A DNA stretch of 63,498 bases, filler included, from Octopus bimaculoides (taxonomy: Eukaryota): the NCBI RefSeq assembly GCF_001194135.2. It is 6 parts of 6 records of this genome, joined end to end, with 100 filler letters (N's around TTAATTAATTAA, not from the genome) between each part and the next. Parts side by side here need not be neighbours in the genome. Positions count along the whole stretch, not along the records: positions 1 to 28,453 come from NC_069002.1; positions 28,554 to 55,055 come from NC_068983.1; 4 more parts are not named here. One strand, written 5' to 3'. Shown one piece after another: positions 23,425 to 37,131 of the stretch; position 1 is the first letter of the stretch, and each line of letters begins with the position of its first letter. Under the pieces are notes generated by a model. The model was given only the letters and a program-made list of their open reading frames with translations. It was not told the origin of the DNA and ran no database searches. The position numbers and the translations under genes are program-made.

Positions 23425-23714
23425 CCCATTACCTACCAGTGATCTCATATGAGATCACTTAAAAATTACAAATTTCGTAATTATCTGTCAATATTTACAC
23501 ATATCTAACTTTTTGCTATATCTACTAGGTATATTTCTCTGATATTCAAATGAGGTTTGCTAATTTTTCACCCAATATCTCGCTTATTTCTATTTAAAAT
23601 GTTATTTTGAAATGTTATTTTGATCACTCCAGCGTGTTTCTAAGGCTGTTTTATGCTAGAAATCAAAGTTTCATAAAAAAAATTCCAGTTAATAAAATTA
23701 TGAGAGGTAATGGG
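23425..23714. mobile_element. piggyBac-type MITE (290 bp)
   Basis: TTAA|CCCATTACCT ... AGGTAATGGG|TTAA: perfect 10-bp TIRs with TTAA TSD. Subterminal palindrome gtgatctcatatgagatcac. Confidence 0.88.
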
Positions 23715-25835
23715 TTAAATACCCTTTTTGCTTGGCCTGAAATTTCTGGGGAGGAAGCTAGTCGATTATATCGACCCCGGTACTTATTTTCTCAGCACCG
23801 AATGGATAAAAAGCAAAGTCGACCTCGGCGGAATTTGAAATGAGAACATAGAGAACATAGAAACGGACGAAATGCCGCTAAGTATTTTATCCCGCGTGTT
23901 TAGCGATTCTACCAGCTCACCGCATTTATTTAACTTGAGTTGTATCAATATTGAAATATTTAATCTCTAAAATAAATCTTCTAAACAATTTCCGAGTATT
24001 TTTAAGTGTAGTTCGTAGTTTAATGAAACAGTAGGCTTGCTGTGTCATACACGAGGAATTTTGTTAAATAATTGATCTTTCGTTAAAGCTTTCGTAAAAA
24101 AAAAAAAACCCCTCCTCTTCCGATGTTATTTAGCCCCAGATCATCTCCGATGGGACAGAGATCTAGGGTCAAAAGTACTTTAGCCTTTTTCTTAGGCTTT
24201 GATGTTCTTAGGACTACATTTTTACTTCTCTAGAGTCGTAGCGTTTCCACTTCGTGCTTCTTGTTTTTCAAGATATTAGAGCGAGAGATATGAGGGGAAT
24301 TTTACTGTTACTTCCAGCAAATTGAGTTCCCTTGTAGAATCTCCATTGCTTTCATGAAAAGTTGTTGATTTATTTATTCTAGTTGTGGATGCTCTCTTTC
24401 AGTAATTTTATATTTTATCAATCAGTATATCGTGCTTAAAGCAGGCATAACCGTTGAAAGCCTTTTAACCTCCGGTATTCGTCTTGAGAAAGCATCTATT
24501 ATAGACGTACAGTATTAAAAAAAACACAAATAAATCAGGAGCGGCCGTGGTATTGCTGTAGTGTCTATAGAATTATCATTATGCGTTTCCTCAAGGGGCT
24601 GTTTAGATGAGAGCAGACGATATACGGTATTTCAAGATCGTTAAATGGTTCATCAGATACAATCAAGGATTTTGATGATAAGGATAATGATTGTCACTCC
24701 TGTCGATTTCAACAAACATAGACACAAACATATACACACATACACATATATATACACATAAACACACNNNNNNNNNNNNNNNNNNNNNNNNNNNNNNNNN
24801 NNNNNNNNNNNNNNNNNNNNNNNNNNNNNNNNNNNNNNNNNNNNNNNNNNNNNNNNNNNNNNNNNNNNNNNNNNNNNNNNNNNNNNNNNNNNNNNNNNNN
24901 NNNNNNNNNNNNNNNNNNNNNNNNNNNNNNNNNNNNNNNNNNNNNNNNNNNNNNNNNNNNNNNNNNNNNNNNNNNNNNNNNNNNNNNNNNNNNNNNNNNN
25001 NNNNNNNNNNNNNNNNNNNNNNNNNNNNNNNNNNNNNNNNNNNNNNNNNNNNNNNNNNNNNNNNNNNNNNNNNNNNNNNNNNNNNNNNNNNNNNNNNNNN
25101 NNNNNNNNNNNNNNNNNNNNNNNNNNNNNNNNNNNNNNNNNNNNNNNNNNNNNNNNNNNNNNNNNNNNNNNNNNNNNNNNNNNNNNNNNNNNNNNNNNNN
25201 NNNNNNNNNNNNNNNNNNNNNNNNNNNNNNNNNNNNNNNNNNNNNNNNNNNNNNNNNNNNNNNNNNNNNNNNNNNNNNNNNNNNNNNNNNNNNNNNNNNN
25301 NNNNNNNNNNNNNNNNNNNNNNNNNNNNNNNNNNNNNNNNNNNNNNNNNNNNNNNNNNNNNNNNNNNNNNNNNNNNNNNNNNNNNNNNNNNNNNNNNNNN
25401 NNNNNNNNNNNNNNNNNNNNNNNNNNNNNNNNNNNNNNNNNNNNNNNNNNNNNNNNNNNNNNNNNNNNNNNNNNNNNNNNNNNNNNNNNNNNNNNNNNNN
25501 NNNNNNNNNNNNNNNNNTATGTCGGGCCGGAGTAACTGATGGCGGTGGTGTTGGGGTGGGGGGGATGAGGCAGTGATTTTATTGTTTAATTTATGAATGT
25601 TTTTGTTTCTTTTACTCGAATCGCAAAAAATATGGATACCCACATTTTCACATAAACACACGCGCACAATTAAACCTACATACACATAAATATACTCACA
25701 CATATATATACACATAAACACACACCATACGCGCGTGCGCAAACAAACACACACACCGCACCAGGCACACAAACACGGACACGTATGCACACACACACCG
25801 CATCATGCACACACGTATGTACGTACACATAATTA

Positions 25836-25867
<32 letters not shown>

Positions 25868-26004
25868 CATATATACACACATAAACTCACTCACAAACAC
25901 ATACATATCAACACTAACACACACACACACACACAAATCTACATAAACACAAACCCAGACACGCACACATAAACACACTAACACACAGACATGAATATAC
26001 ATAA

Positions 26005-26038
<34 letters not shown>

Positions 26039-26834
26039 TGCACTCTTCCACTAAACCAAGCCTTGGTTCTCATAATTTTCGTAGATAATGTTTTCCTCTC
26101 TAATTTTCATTTTCGAATACAACTTGTTCTTTTTTGTTTGCAAAAGTCGCTCTCAGACTTCAGTCCACACACACACACNNNNNNNNNNNNNNNNNNNNNN
26201 NNNAATGTTTTCCTTTCTAATTTTCATTTTCGAATACAACTTGTTCTTTTTTGTTTGCAAAAGTCGCTCTCAGACTTCAGTCCACACACACACACCTCCT
26301 CCAAAGCACTCCCACCCGCCACATCAAACAATTATCTATAATTAACAAAATATTCAAATATTTGTTAACGAAAACTACTCTACTTTCTCTCTCTCTCTCT
26401 CTCTCTCCTTATATATCGCATTGCATATTTGAACAGTAAGCTCGTTGGCTCGCATTGGCATCTCTTTCTCTTTCTCTCTGTTTTTTTTCTTTTTCGTTAT
26501 TTTTCTTCTTCTTCTCCCTACCAATTCAGTTAATATTGTGGCTACTTCAGTATATTTTAAAAGTGCTTGTTTCCTCTCAATTTCCTCAACAGTCAGCTGG
26601 ATTTTGCAAAATGACTCAGCTATCAAACTTGAGTAATCATGACGATGATAGCAATGATGATGATGATGTTTTATTTGTACAAATTTGACTTTATGCCTGT
26701 TCAGTAAAAGTCTTAAATAAAACTAGTGTCATGCTTCTGTTTACACCCACCCCCGCTCTCTTTCCGTCTCGTGTGTGTGTATATATATAATGATGTATGC
26801 GTCTATGTATGTATGTATATATTTATTTATACAT

Positions 26835-26866
<32 letters not shown>

Positions 26867-27269
26867 TGCGAATGTGTTTATATATGTATGTATTTACGTG
26901 TATGTATATATGTGTGTGTATGTATGTTTATATATGTATTTATTTATTTATTTATATATATGTGTGTGTGTGTGTGTGCATATATGTGTATCTATATACG
27001 TATATATCTAAGTACGCCCATTGTTTCACTTTCTCTTTCTCCTATTCCCTTCTTCCTCCTTCGATATCTACCAAAACACTAAACCCCACCACAACAATAA
27101 CTCGTTTCTTTTCGAAAATATCTTTCGGCCAAGTTTCGTAATAGCTGTCACTTCCTCCCGGGAAAGGAAAATAGCAAAGTATTGGGGGTGGGGAGAGAGT
27201 TTACTTTCTCTCTCCTTTTTTTTCTTCTTCTCTTTTTTTTATATTCATTTTAAATTTAATTTATGTATA

Positions 27270-27742
27270 TACGTGGTAAGTAGCTTGCTTACCAACCACA
27301 TGGTTCCGGGTTCAGTCACACTGCATGGCACCTTGGGCAAGTGTCTTCTACTATAGCCTCGGGCCGACCAAAGCCTTGTGAGTGGATTCGGTAGACGAAA
27401 ACTGAAAGAAGCCCATTGTATATAGATATATAGTGTACGTCTAAACACTATTGTACACTATTTTATATTGAATAATATGTCGTCTATGACTTTTTATATA
27501 TGCTAGGCCATTGGTAGTGACATTTGTAAAAATTTGCTACCCTATGTGTGTGTGTGTGTGCGTGTTTCTGTTTGAAATTGATGTTGGTGTGTTTACATCC
27601 TCGTAACTTAGCGCTTCGGCAAAAGGAAACTGATAGAATAAGTACTAGGCTTACAAAAAATAAGTCCTGCAGTTGATTTGTATGACTAAAGGTGGTGCTC
27701 CAGCATGGCCGCAGTCAAGTGACTGAAACAAATAAAAGAATA
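27270..27742 (+). mobile_element. CORE-like tRNA SINE (~450 bp with an internal TA/TG microsatellite). Other copies (approx.): 1-304 +, 3041-3199 -, 7318-7742 -, 9700-10145 -, 12190-12570 -, 18338-18760 +, 19060-19325 -, 20275-20430 +, 35585-36090 -, 39838-40000 -, 51870-52075 +, 54765-54965 -, 57925-58125 +
   Basis: Shared head gtggtaag.agcttgctt...ggttcagtc, CORE-like caccttgggcaagtgtctt, and tail ccagcatggccgcagtc.aatgactgaaac. Confidence 0.9.
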
Positions 27743-28453
27743 ACAATTTACTTTCACCTTTTTTTTATGACACTAAAGATTACGTTAACCTGTACAATAT
27801 TTGGTGCCACCTGAGCATGCAGTCTACCTGCCCATTTACGCATTTAGTGTGCACGTTACACTTTCACACGCGGTCCAACCTTAACCCTAACCCTAAACCT
27901 AACCCAGTTCAGATCATTTCATAGCACAGACTACAGATACTGCAGTAGACCACTTGGTAAAGCTGTACCCGGTATTCTTTCTACACTGCACTTGTTCTCT
28001 ATGGGAGTAAGTTTGGCCAAATGAAATCTGGTTCAACAAAATTCTTTGGAAAAAAAGAAAATGAGAAAAAGAAGCCTTTGACGGTTCAGAACCTCTAACA
28101 ATGATTAAAGTCGGAAGAAGAAAATAGTTACTTCCTGTTGGAAATGACGTAACTACAAACTATGTTGGGGTTGGGGGGAGGTCAGAGCCGACGACCTTTT
28201 GAAGGCGCACCCAGATGAGTGAGATAGATAAAGCTGATACCCAGCCCCCAGAATAATCTCTCGGTAAAGGTCGGTTTTGAGAGGGAGGGGGAACCAAGGT
28301 GTAGGTTGAGGGGAACTTTGCTAAAGGTACCTCGAGTACCAGGTGTAGTGGTGAGGGATGCTTGTTTAGGTCAGGTTTAGTTGACATATGATTAAAGGCT
28401 TTCCTTCCAAGACCATCAAGTGTTTTTTTTTTTCATATATATATATATATATA

Positions 28454-28553
28454 NNNNNNNNNNNNNNNNNNNNNNNNNNNNNNNNNNNNNNNNNNNNTTA
28501 ATTAATTAANNNNNNNNNNNNNNNNNNNNNNNNNNNNNNNNNNNNNNNNNNNN
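28454..28553. other. Assembly join spacer: 44 N + TTAATTAATTAA + 44 N
   Basis: Exactly 100 nt; the 12-mer has stop codons in all six frames. Identical spacer occurs five times. Confidence 0.97.
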
Positions 28554-28555
28554 TA

Positions 28556-28618
28556 CTAAATAATAATAATAATAATAATAACAATAATAATAATAATAAT
28601 AATAGTAATAATAATAAC

Positions 28619-28650
<32 letters not shown>

Positions 28651-28807
28651 TAATAATAATAATTATAATAATAACAACAACAACAACAACAATAATAGCA
28701 ACAACAACAACAACAACAATAATAACAACAACAACAACAACAACAACAATAATAATAATAATAACAACAACAACAACAACAACAACAACAATAATAATAA
28801 TAATAAT

Positions 28808-28840
<33 letters not shown>

Positions 28841-28858
28841 AATAATAACAACAACAAC

Positions 28859-28914
<56 letters not shown>

Positions 28915-28915
28915 T
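28556..28915. repeat. Compound (AAT)n/(AAC)n microsatellite
   Basis: Seen directly; source of the poly-I/V and poly-L ORFs. Confidence 0.97.
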
Positions 28916-29495
28916 AATATATATATAGCTGACTTTCATCTATGTTTATTGCTGCAAGGCTTCCACTTCACACGCCAGCTTAACTTAACTCGTCCTTTTA
29001 GTCGAAAGACACCTGTTGTTATTCTTGTTTGTATTTGTAATCGTGCAACATTTTCTCCATTTTCTTGTTTTTTTTGGTCTGTGTTGTCGCACATATTCTC
29101 TTGCTTTCTTCCAAAAATTTACTGCCCTTATCTTAGATTTTTGGGGCCTACCAATTTTGAACAGTCTCAAGTATAAAAGGCCAAAACTGCAATGATAATT
29201 GGAAGCTTGACTGATGAATAGAAAACCACAACTGTTCTGTCCTGGTTTTCCTGTCCGTCTTTCTATGGTACATCTGTCCGTATGTTTTTATTGTCGTCTG
29301 TTATGTTCTTCTTGTCAGGTCGCTCTCGAGTGCTATTGGTACCATGTAGTCCAGTATAACCTGTTACATGGTCGGGTCATTGGCTTGCTTGGTTAGGTGG
29401 GTGATTGCTGGACACCCTGCAGGACAAAAGATAAGACCCATCAAAGGGTTGAGGAACTACTGCATAGTCAACGGCCATTCAACAACGTGTGTGTG

Positions 29496-29546
<51 letters not shown>

Positions 29547-29814
29547 GTGTTTTGTGTGTATTGCATTTCAAATTCTGTGTGTGTGTGTAATGTACATATT
29601 GTATTGTCACTGTCCCTTGTCTCACCCGAGGCATTGTATTCTAGAAGAGGCAGAAGAACCATTTGGTCAATGGTTCAAATGGAATTTCGGGATCATTGGG
29701 ACCCCGGTTTGGTTAATGACCAAGCAAAGGCATATGACCTAGTCTACTGGTCAACGTCTCCCAATGGGTGGACAGACTTTTTAGTCAAAGGCTCCGGGCG
29801 GGGTTTCCTAAGCT

Positions 29815-30940
29815 AGCCCCCTACTTCGGCCAAGGCAACCAGGTAGTATTCTTGTTCTGTGTTTTAGATTTATAAGACTTACCAATTTTTCAGAGTAGTC
29901 ATTCTTGTTCATCACCACTGTAGCATTTCCCTTGTCTGCTGGAGGTATTATGATAGAATTGTCTCTTTGTAGCCTTTTGATAGCAAACTTTTCTTCCTTA
30001 ATGATGTTTGGTTTGGGAAGTTTTGCTTTTTCTAGTACCTGTCTCACTTTCCACCTTGGTTCTTCTCCCTGAGTTTTTGGTATCTTTACAGCTATCTCTT
30101 CAATTGGGGCTATTATGTCCAAGTATGGAATACGCTTAATGGTTGTCGCAAAGTCGAGACCTTTGTTCAGTACTGCTTCTTCAGAGCTTTCTACACGTCA
30201 GCTACTTACATTAATTACTGCTTTCACAGGTGGGTGATGGATTTCAGTCTTCATTCTCTGACCTTTGAGTTTCATAAACTTCTTAATCTGGCATGTCTTC
30301 ACCATTTCAAATTCTTTCATGTACAACTTTTCTAGATCTTGTTGGTTTCTCTTTCTATCATCATCTCTGGTTATTTTCCTAAGTAATGAAGATAACCTCT
30401 CTTTGATTTCGTTATTTAGTTGATGCTTTTTCCAACGGTTGTAATGGATCCTCTCACGGATGAGGGCACTTTCTGCTACTCTTTTAGCTTTATATGAATC
30501 GACTGGTGTCATTATATTCAAGCCAGGTGGTATTAGCTTTGAGTCTTTACATCTACACAAGAAAGTTAGATGGTTTGAAAGACGAGCTAGTTTTTGATGG
30601 AATTTCTCTATATGTCTCCATAGAAGTCTAATGTCGCTCTGTACTGATTAGATAATACAGTTCTATATTTAAGAGATGAGGAATTATGTACATTATTTAA
30701 ATTATTTACATTATTTACATCTGGTGGATATTTGATGGATATAATGATAATAACATCAAAAAATACCTTAGGAATGAGAACCCAGGTTCGAAATTTCCTC
30801 AAGACACCAGATGAAGGTTGCAGGGTATATCAGTCGAAATGTTGTGTTAACAACAAACAAGGTGAGGACAAATATCCGTCAAATATAAATAATGTAAATA
30901 ATGTACATAATTCCAAATCTCTTAAATATAGAACTGGGTC
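29815..30940 (-). mobile_element. Penelope-like retroelement 5' portion (ORF N-terminus to RT start) with an inverted terminal repeat
   Basis: Frameshifted ORFs CRCKDSKLIPPGL..., VINVSS, VLNKGLDFA and LQRDNSIIIPPADKGNATVVMNK (Penelope pre-RT ADKG motif). 30658-30699 is the reverse complement of 30895-30936. Confidence 0.9.
30803..30848 (+). ncRNA. Degenerate minimal type I hammerhead ribozyme in a Penelope terminal repeat
   Basis: GACAC-CAGAUGA-A-GGUUG-N10-CAGUC-GAAAU-GUU-GUGUU: 5-bp stem I and 5-bp stem II. Core has U4A and the palindrome ACGU has changed to AUGU. Confidence 0.65.
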
Positions 30941-31139
30941 ATCTCTGATGTTATAAATTTTTCAAAAGGAATATTTCAAAAAGAGAGTATTTCTGCAATT
31001 GTTTTATTTTGGTTTTTAATTTGTTACCTTTTCTTTCACAAAGTTCCAGTGACTACATGCTTGCATCTGCTGTTGCTACAGATATCAGAATAATCCATAA
31101 TTTCTTTATCATATCACATCACACTTTGTTTTGCAGTCA

Positions 31140-31760
31140 AAGCATTGGAGATTACCACAAAATGTCAATAAACAAAAGTGACATTGAAGACTTTGGTGCC
31201 CCAAGATGCAACCAAAAATGTCAGTTATGTCATATTTCTGTGGAAGACATCACACATGTGGTTAGTGGCTGCCCAAGATACAACTTCATAATGCAACGTA
31301 ATGTTGTCACTATAGAATGCCATCCAAAAAAATGTTGCCCTGGAATAAATATAGAAAATCATCCTGTTATTGAATACACACATAAACATCAACACAAGGA
31401 ATATTGGTGAAACATTCTTATCAAAACTTCTACCAAATGCAAAGAGGCCAGATATAATTGTACTGGACAGATAAGAAAAAGTATGTACTGTCATAGAGGC
31501 CAGCCATCTGCTGATATGAATATCTCTTTGAAAAACAGAAAGGAAGAGGATTACTATGGACAACTGCTCTGAAACCTTCAGCTTCTGTACTCAGATTATA
31601 AATTCACATTTATACCAATAAGAATTGATACAGGAGTTTTCAGAAAAAGAAATCAATCAGCTACGAAGCACATCATAAATGCAATTTGTAAGCAAAACAA
31701 TAAAAATATGCAAGACTTTTCTAAAAATGTGACATTGCTTTCGTTACCTGTGTTCCAATG
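31140..31760 (+). mobile_element. 3' fragment of a second RLE-type LINE (CCHC knuckle + RLE), pseudogenic
   Basis: CNQKCQLCHISVEDITHVVSGCP, then EYWWNILIKTSTKC, RPDIIVLDR and YKFTFIPI across frameshifts. Confidence 0.85.
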
Positions 31761-31933
31761 ATAGAGCTTTGAATTGTTGTTAGAAATCAGCTCCTTCACT
31801 ATAGGAAGACTTTAAATAATTAAAAATATATACATACGTACATACGTACATACATACATATATACATACAATTGCAAACATACATGCATGCACGCACGCA
31901 CACACACACACACACACACACATACATCCATCC

Positions 31934-31964
<31 letters not shown>

Positions 31965-32137
31965 CATACATACATACATACATGCATGCATGGATACATA
32001 CTTATAACAGGGAAGAGCCTGAAAGGAATTAACAGACTGATATTGTCAGGAATCCAAGATCCAATCTTTGGTAATGCAATTGTGCTAAGAATAATAAAAT
32101 TGTTTTATTCTGAAATCAAGTAATATGTTTTCTCCTT

Positions 32138-32159
<22 letters not shown>

Positions 32160-32171
<12 letters not shown>

Positions 32172-32482
32172 TGTGTAAAGACATTCGAGCGAGATCATTG
32201 CCAGTGCTGCCGAACTGGTTTCTGTGCAGGTGGCACGTAAAATACACCATTTTGAGTGTGGCCGTTGCCAGTACTGCCTGACCGGTCTTCGTGCCGGTGG
32301 CATGTAAAAGCACCCACTACACTCTCTGAGTGGTTGGCATTTGGAAAGGCATCCAGCTGTAGAAACTCTGCCAAATCAGATTGGAGCCTGGTGTAGCCAT
32401 CTCGTTTCACCAGTCCTCAGTCAAATCGTCCAACCCATGCTAGCATGGAAAGCAGACGTTAAACGACGATGATGATGATGAT
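32160..32482 (+). mobile_element. RTE-LINE/SINE 3' tail ending in (GAT)n. Other copies (approx.): 3330-3548 +, 36455-36600 -, 45520-45790 +, 47345-47525 +, 52905-53130 -
   Basis: Shared aagggcatccagctgtagaaac...gtccaacccatgctagcatggaaa..gacgttaaacgatgatgat. Confidence 0.8.
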
Positions 32483-32485
32483 ATA

Positions 32486-32611
32486 CAGGGTGTCCACAAA
32501 GTCTGGGTACCTGGAGTAAATAAAATCATAACATAAACAATTAAATATAAGAAATAATAATTTCTTAAAGTATGTGTTAATCCCATGTACCCAGACTTTG
32601 TGGACACCCTG
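32486..32611. mobile_element. Tc1/mariner MITE (126 bp)
   Basis: Perfect 25-bp TIRs CAGGGTGTCCACAAAGTCTGGGTAC with TA on both sides. Confidence 0.95.
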
Positions 32612-33729
32612 TATGTATGTATATATATATATATATATATTTACTTATTTATTATCTGTCTTCTTACTCATTTATTTTTAACAGACCCTGTCAGTCATGG
32701 AAAAAACTTTGAGAGTAAAACATCAACTACTGATAAGAGAGTTTAGTCAGAACTATGGACAACTCTTACAGGATATTCTTGTGGTACACTTTAAATGTAT
32801 CCTACCCAGATGTGTGACACATCTATCTCTTTCTACATCCTCCAGCATGTAACACTGAACATCTTTTTTAACAAGACATAAAACAGATAGATACAAGCAA
32901 CCCTGAACAACAGCAAAACATCTACTGACAACTCAGATCTCTAGTTCTGAAATTTTACATTTTTAATATTTTGGCTAGCTATGATGCTATCATTGAAATA
33001 TTAGAAATATTGGAATATATGCAATTCCATTGTTGAGATATGAAGGAATCTAAATATAGTTCTTCAGCCTGTTACACATAGCAGCCAAATTTTTGTCAGA
33101 TTATATCCTACAAGGTATGGCTCTGTGGTTGGGAAGTTCTTTTCATAGCCTTACGGTTTCTGGTTCAGATATACCATGTGGCATTTTGGTCTAATGTCTT
33201 TTACTATAGCTTTCGACATTGTGAATGAATTTGGTGCAGTGAAGATGTAGAAGCTTGATACACACACACATATATGTATACATATATACATATATGATAT
33301 ATATATATATATATATANNNNNNNNNNNNNNNNNNNNNNNNNNNNNNNNNNNNNNNNNNNNNNNNNNNNNNNNNNNNNNNNNNNNNNNNNNNNNNNNNNN
33401 NNNNNNNNNNNNNNNNNNNNNNNNNNNNNNNNNNNNNNNNNNNNNNNNNNNNNNNNNNNNNNNNNNNNNNNNNNNNNNNNNNNNNNNNNNNNNNNNNNNN
33501 NNNNNNNNNNNNNNNNNNNNNNNNNNNNNNNNNNNNNNNCCTCTCACCTCGATCAGCAGCACGAACGTTCGTGCTGCTGATCGAGGTGAGAGGGATAACT
33601 TCCCTTGGCAAACAGGACACAGTCGTGTGTCGATAAGCCAGCTGGAGGAGATGTCCTCCTGGGGCTAAAAGCAACAGTAACATCCACCCCTAGGGGTCAG
33701 CCACACTTAAGTGGCAATATACTACACTT

Positions 33730-33767
<38 letters not shown>

Positions 33768-33998
33768 TTATTTATTTAAAGGACACAATACATGTCTTTA
33801 AGTGCTACTAATAGTTTCATATGTTGAGAAATAATTTTTAGTTTCTTATATGTGGTCTGTGCCTGAAGAATGTGTTTGAGATATTTTTCAACATATGAAA
33901 CTATTAGTAGCACTAATATGTCCTTTAAGTGAATAATATTTATTTCTCATGTGATGGAGTACTTTTTTTGTTGAATTTTCTTTACAATATATACAATA

Positions 33999-34062
<64 letters not shown>

Positions 34063-34105
34063 TGTATATATACATTATATATGCAATATACATTGTATAT
34101 ATATA

Positions 34106-34318
34106 TGAGGGGGGTGCTGGAAAGTTCCTGGCTTTGGTTAAAAGAATATACAGGAGGATCAGTTATGATTTTATTCAACATGTTCCCCTCTCAGATTCAC
34201 ACACTTATTGCAGCACTCCTTCAGGTTTTCTAAGCCTTGTAAAAGAACTCAGAAGGTTGGGTTTCTAACCAGGCCTTTGTGATACCCTTAAAACCAGGAA
34301 CATTTCAGCACCTCTTTG
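34106..34318. mobile_element. mariner-derived MITE
   Basis: TA|TGAGGGGGGTGCTGGAAAGTTCCTGGCTTT ... AAAACCAGGAACATTTCAGCACCTCTTTG|TA, imperfect ~30-bp TIRs. Confidence 0.82.
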
Positions 34319-37086
34319 TAGAGAGAGAGAAAGCGAGAGAGAGAGAGAGAGAGAGAGAGATACATACATAAATATATGTGTGTGTGCATGTGCATGTGTA
34401 TGCTTGTATATGTTTGTGGTTTTCTGGGTATGACTTCAAACTGCATCTGGTACTGGGGCCCTGGTTTGGGAGTTCCAGGTCTTTGAGGAATGTGGAACCC
34501 TCTCTTAGCCACTATTGTTCCCAGGTGTATTCCAGCCTGAAGTAGTAGCACCTGTCAGGATCCCAGCTGTGGGTTAATTTGCATATTAGGGCTTGCCTAC
34601 CTGTGCATGTGAATACTGTATCTGGCAGACTCTGCAAACGAAACCTTTATGGTTCAACAGAGGGAAGGCAACAGCAGCAGCTCATTGTGAAGTGCTGAGA
34701 GCAAGACGAGGCAAGTAAGATATCTTGGTCATTCATTGCATTTGTCTCTCCCAGTCATGTTGACCTGGTCTTACCACTGGATTGAAGAGAATTAGGGGAC
34801 AAGAGAGTGAGGTCAACAGCATGCAACACTTATTCCCTTTAAAACCATGTCAACAGTCATCTCTAAGGATGATTAGATGGCCCTCATCATCTTGATGGAC
34901 GAACATGTATAAGATATGTTTGTGTGAATGTCCATTATTATGTTTGTGTTTGTCTTTCAATGAGTGATAACCAATGTAGGTTTGTTTACATCTTGTAACT
35001 TAGCAGGTCAGCATAAAGGAGAAAAATGGCCAGACCAAGAGAATAAGGACCAGATTTAAAAATAGAAAATAAAGGGGTCAATAAGACCCTTAAAGGCAGT
35101 GCTCCAGGATGGCCGCAGCACAATGACTAACAAAGTGAAAGAATAAAAGAGAACCCTTTTAAAAATTGGTAGAACATTATATAATTCTTTCTGCTATAGG
35201 CACAAGGCCTGAAATTTGGGGAGGTGGATAGTCAACTACATCGACCCTATTGTATAACTGGTACTTATTTCATCGATCCAAGAGGATGAAAGGCAAAGTT
35301 GATCTCAGTTGAATTTGAGCTCGTAATGTAAGGACGGACGAAATGTTGCTAAGCATTTTGCCCAGCGTGCTAACAATTCTGCCAGCTTGCTGTCTTAGAA
35401 CATTATATAATGTGGTATTAGATACAATATATATCTTTAAAAAAAAAAGATGGATTGGATGGTAAGAGATCGGAATGCCTTTGATCATAAGTCACTTAAT
35501 CAGAGTTGACTAAAGACTAAACAACAACATCGCATGCACACACACACACACACACATATACTCACAAACATGCATATATACTCTCTTTTACTCTTTTACT
35601 CGTTTCAGTCATTTGACTGCAGCCATGCTGGAGCACCGCCTTTAGTCGAGCAAATCGACCCCAGGACTTATTCTTTGGAAGCCTATTACTTATTCTATCG
35701 ATCTCTTTTTGCCGAACTGCTAAGTTACGGGGATGTAAACACCAGCATCGGTTGTCAAGCAATGGTGGGGGGACAAACACAGACACACAAACACACATAC
35801 ACACACACATATANNNNNNNNNNNNNNNNNNNNNNNNNNNNNNNNNNNNNNNNNNNNNNNNNNNNNNNNNNNNNNNNNNNNNNNNNNNNNNNNNNNNNNN
35901 NNNNNNNNNNNNNNNNNNNNNATATACGACGGGCTTCTTTCAGTTTCCATCTACCAAATCCACTCACAAGGCCTTGGTCAGCCCGAGGCTATAGTAGAAG
36001 ACACTTGCCCAAGGTGCCACACAGTGGAACTGAACCCAGAACCATGTGGTTGGTAAGCAAGCTACTTACCACACAGCCACTCCTGCGCCTATACATACAT
36101 ATATATTCCAAAAGGTGGGTACTAAGCTTTTAGTTGCATTTCTGTACCCAAATGCTTGCTGTTTTACTAAAAGTACAATGCAATTTAGTGCATTTGTTGA
36201 TCAATGTTGACTATAAATCTGCCTGTGTTTATGCAGGTGTAGGCAAGATTTTTTTTGAGAAAGACAGGCAGTGGCCCATGCATGAAAGTCCTTCCTTTCT
36301 GCACCACTGATGTTTATCCCGGGGAAGATCACTGACTTGGACTAATACATCTTGGCACCATTGCTGTCACAGTTGTTAATGTGAGAATGTAAAAACTTAG
36401 ACTAGCTCTGCCAATCCACTACTTTGAATTATCACTTCTTAACAAACATCATCATTATCATCATTTTAATGTCCACTTTACTATGCTGCATGGGTCAGAC
36501 AACATGTACTGAGGCAAGTCTCCTACAGCTGAATGCCCTTCCTGTCAGCAACCCTTACCTGTTTCAAAGCAAGGTTACATTTCTCCACAGCCAAACATGA
36601 TTTTGAAGAATATTGGAAATGAATAACATTCCTTTATAACAAACATTTGATGTCAAGACAAAGAGATATGAATATACTCACACTCAGACTCACATTCACA
36701 TACACATACAAATATACTGATTTATACATCTTTTATTTTTGATCTTTTATTTGCTTCACTGGGGCACTACCTTGAGGATTTTTAGTTGATGGGTCATGTT
36801 AGATGCAGTGCCAATTGTCACAAAGGAGAGTATATCTACTGATAGCTTTTTGGTACGTTCAAAAATCACATACCCTCCGCCCAATTTTCCATGACCGATT
36901 AGGGCCTGGAATAATCCAGATGGATGAATGACAAGTCGTCTAGTTGAATTAGCTTATCATTTACTCCACAAATGCTTTGTGATCAATGCTGCACTCTCCC
37001 ATGTCACCTGTTTCAACATAACTGTAAAATAAATATATACAAACTTTGCCATTTTAATCCTGAGCAATGCCAGGTATCTCTGCTAG

Positions 37087-37131
<45 letters not shown>

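Noticed and set aside
26085-26296. ~93-bp direct duplication flanking a 25-N gap
   Set aside because: Identical sequence on both sides of a small gap ending in (CA)n is a typical contig-overlap artefact.
27877-27905. Telomere-like ccttaaccctaaccctaaacctaaccc
   Set aside because: Only about 4 imperfect units. Such motifs are common inside invertebrate DNA-transposon remnants and do not indicate a chromosome end or fusion.
34661-34720. Possible 54-nt exon (GKATAAAHCEVLRARRG) with ag/gtaaga ends
   Set aside because: Weak polypyrimidine tract, no recognisable homology, and the surrounding sequence looks like a retroelement UTR.
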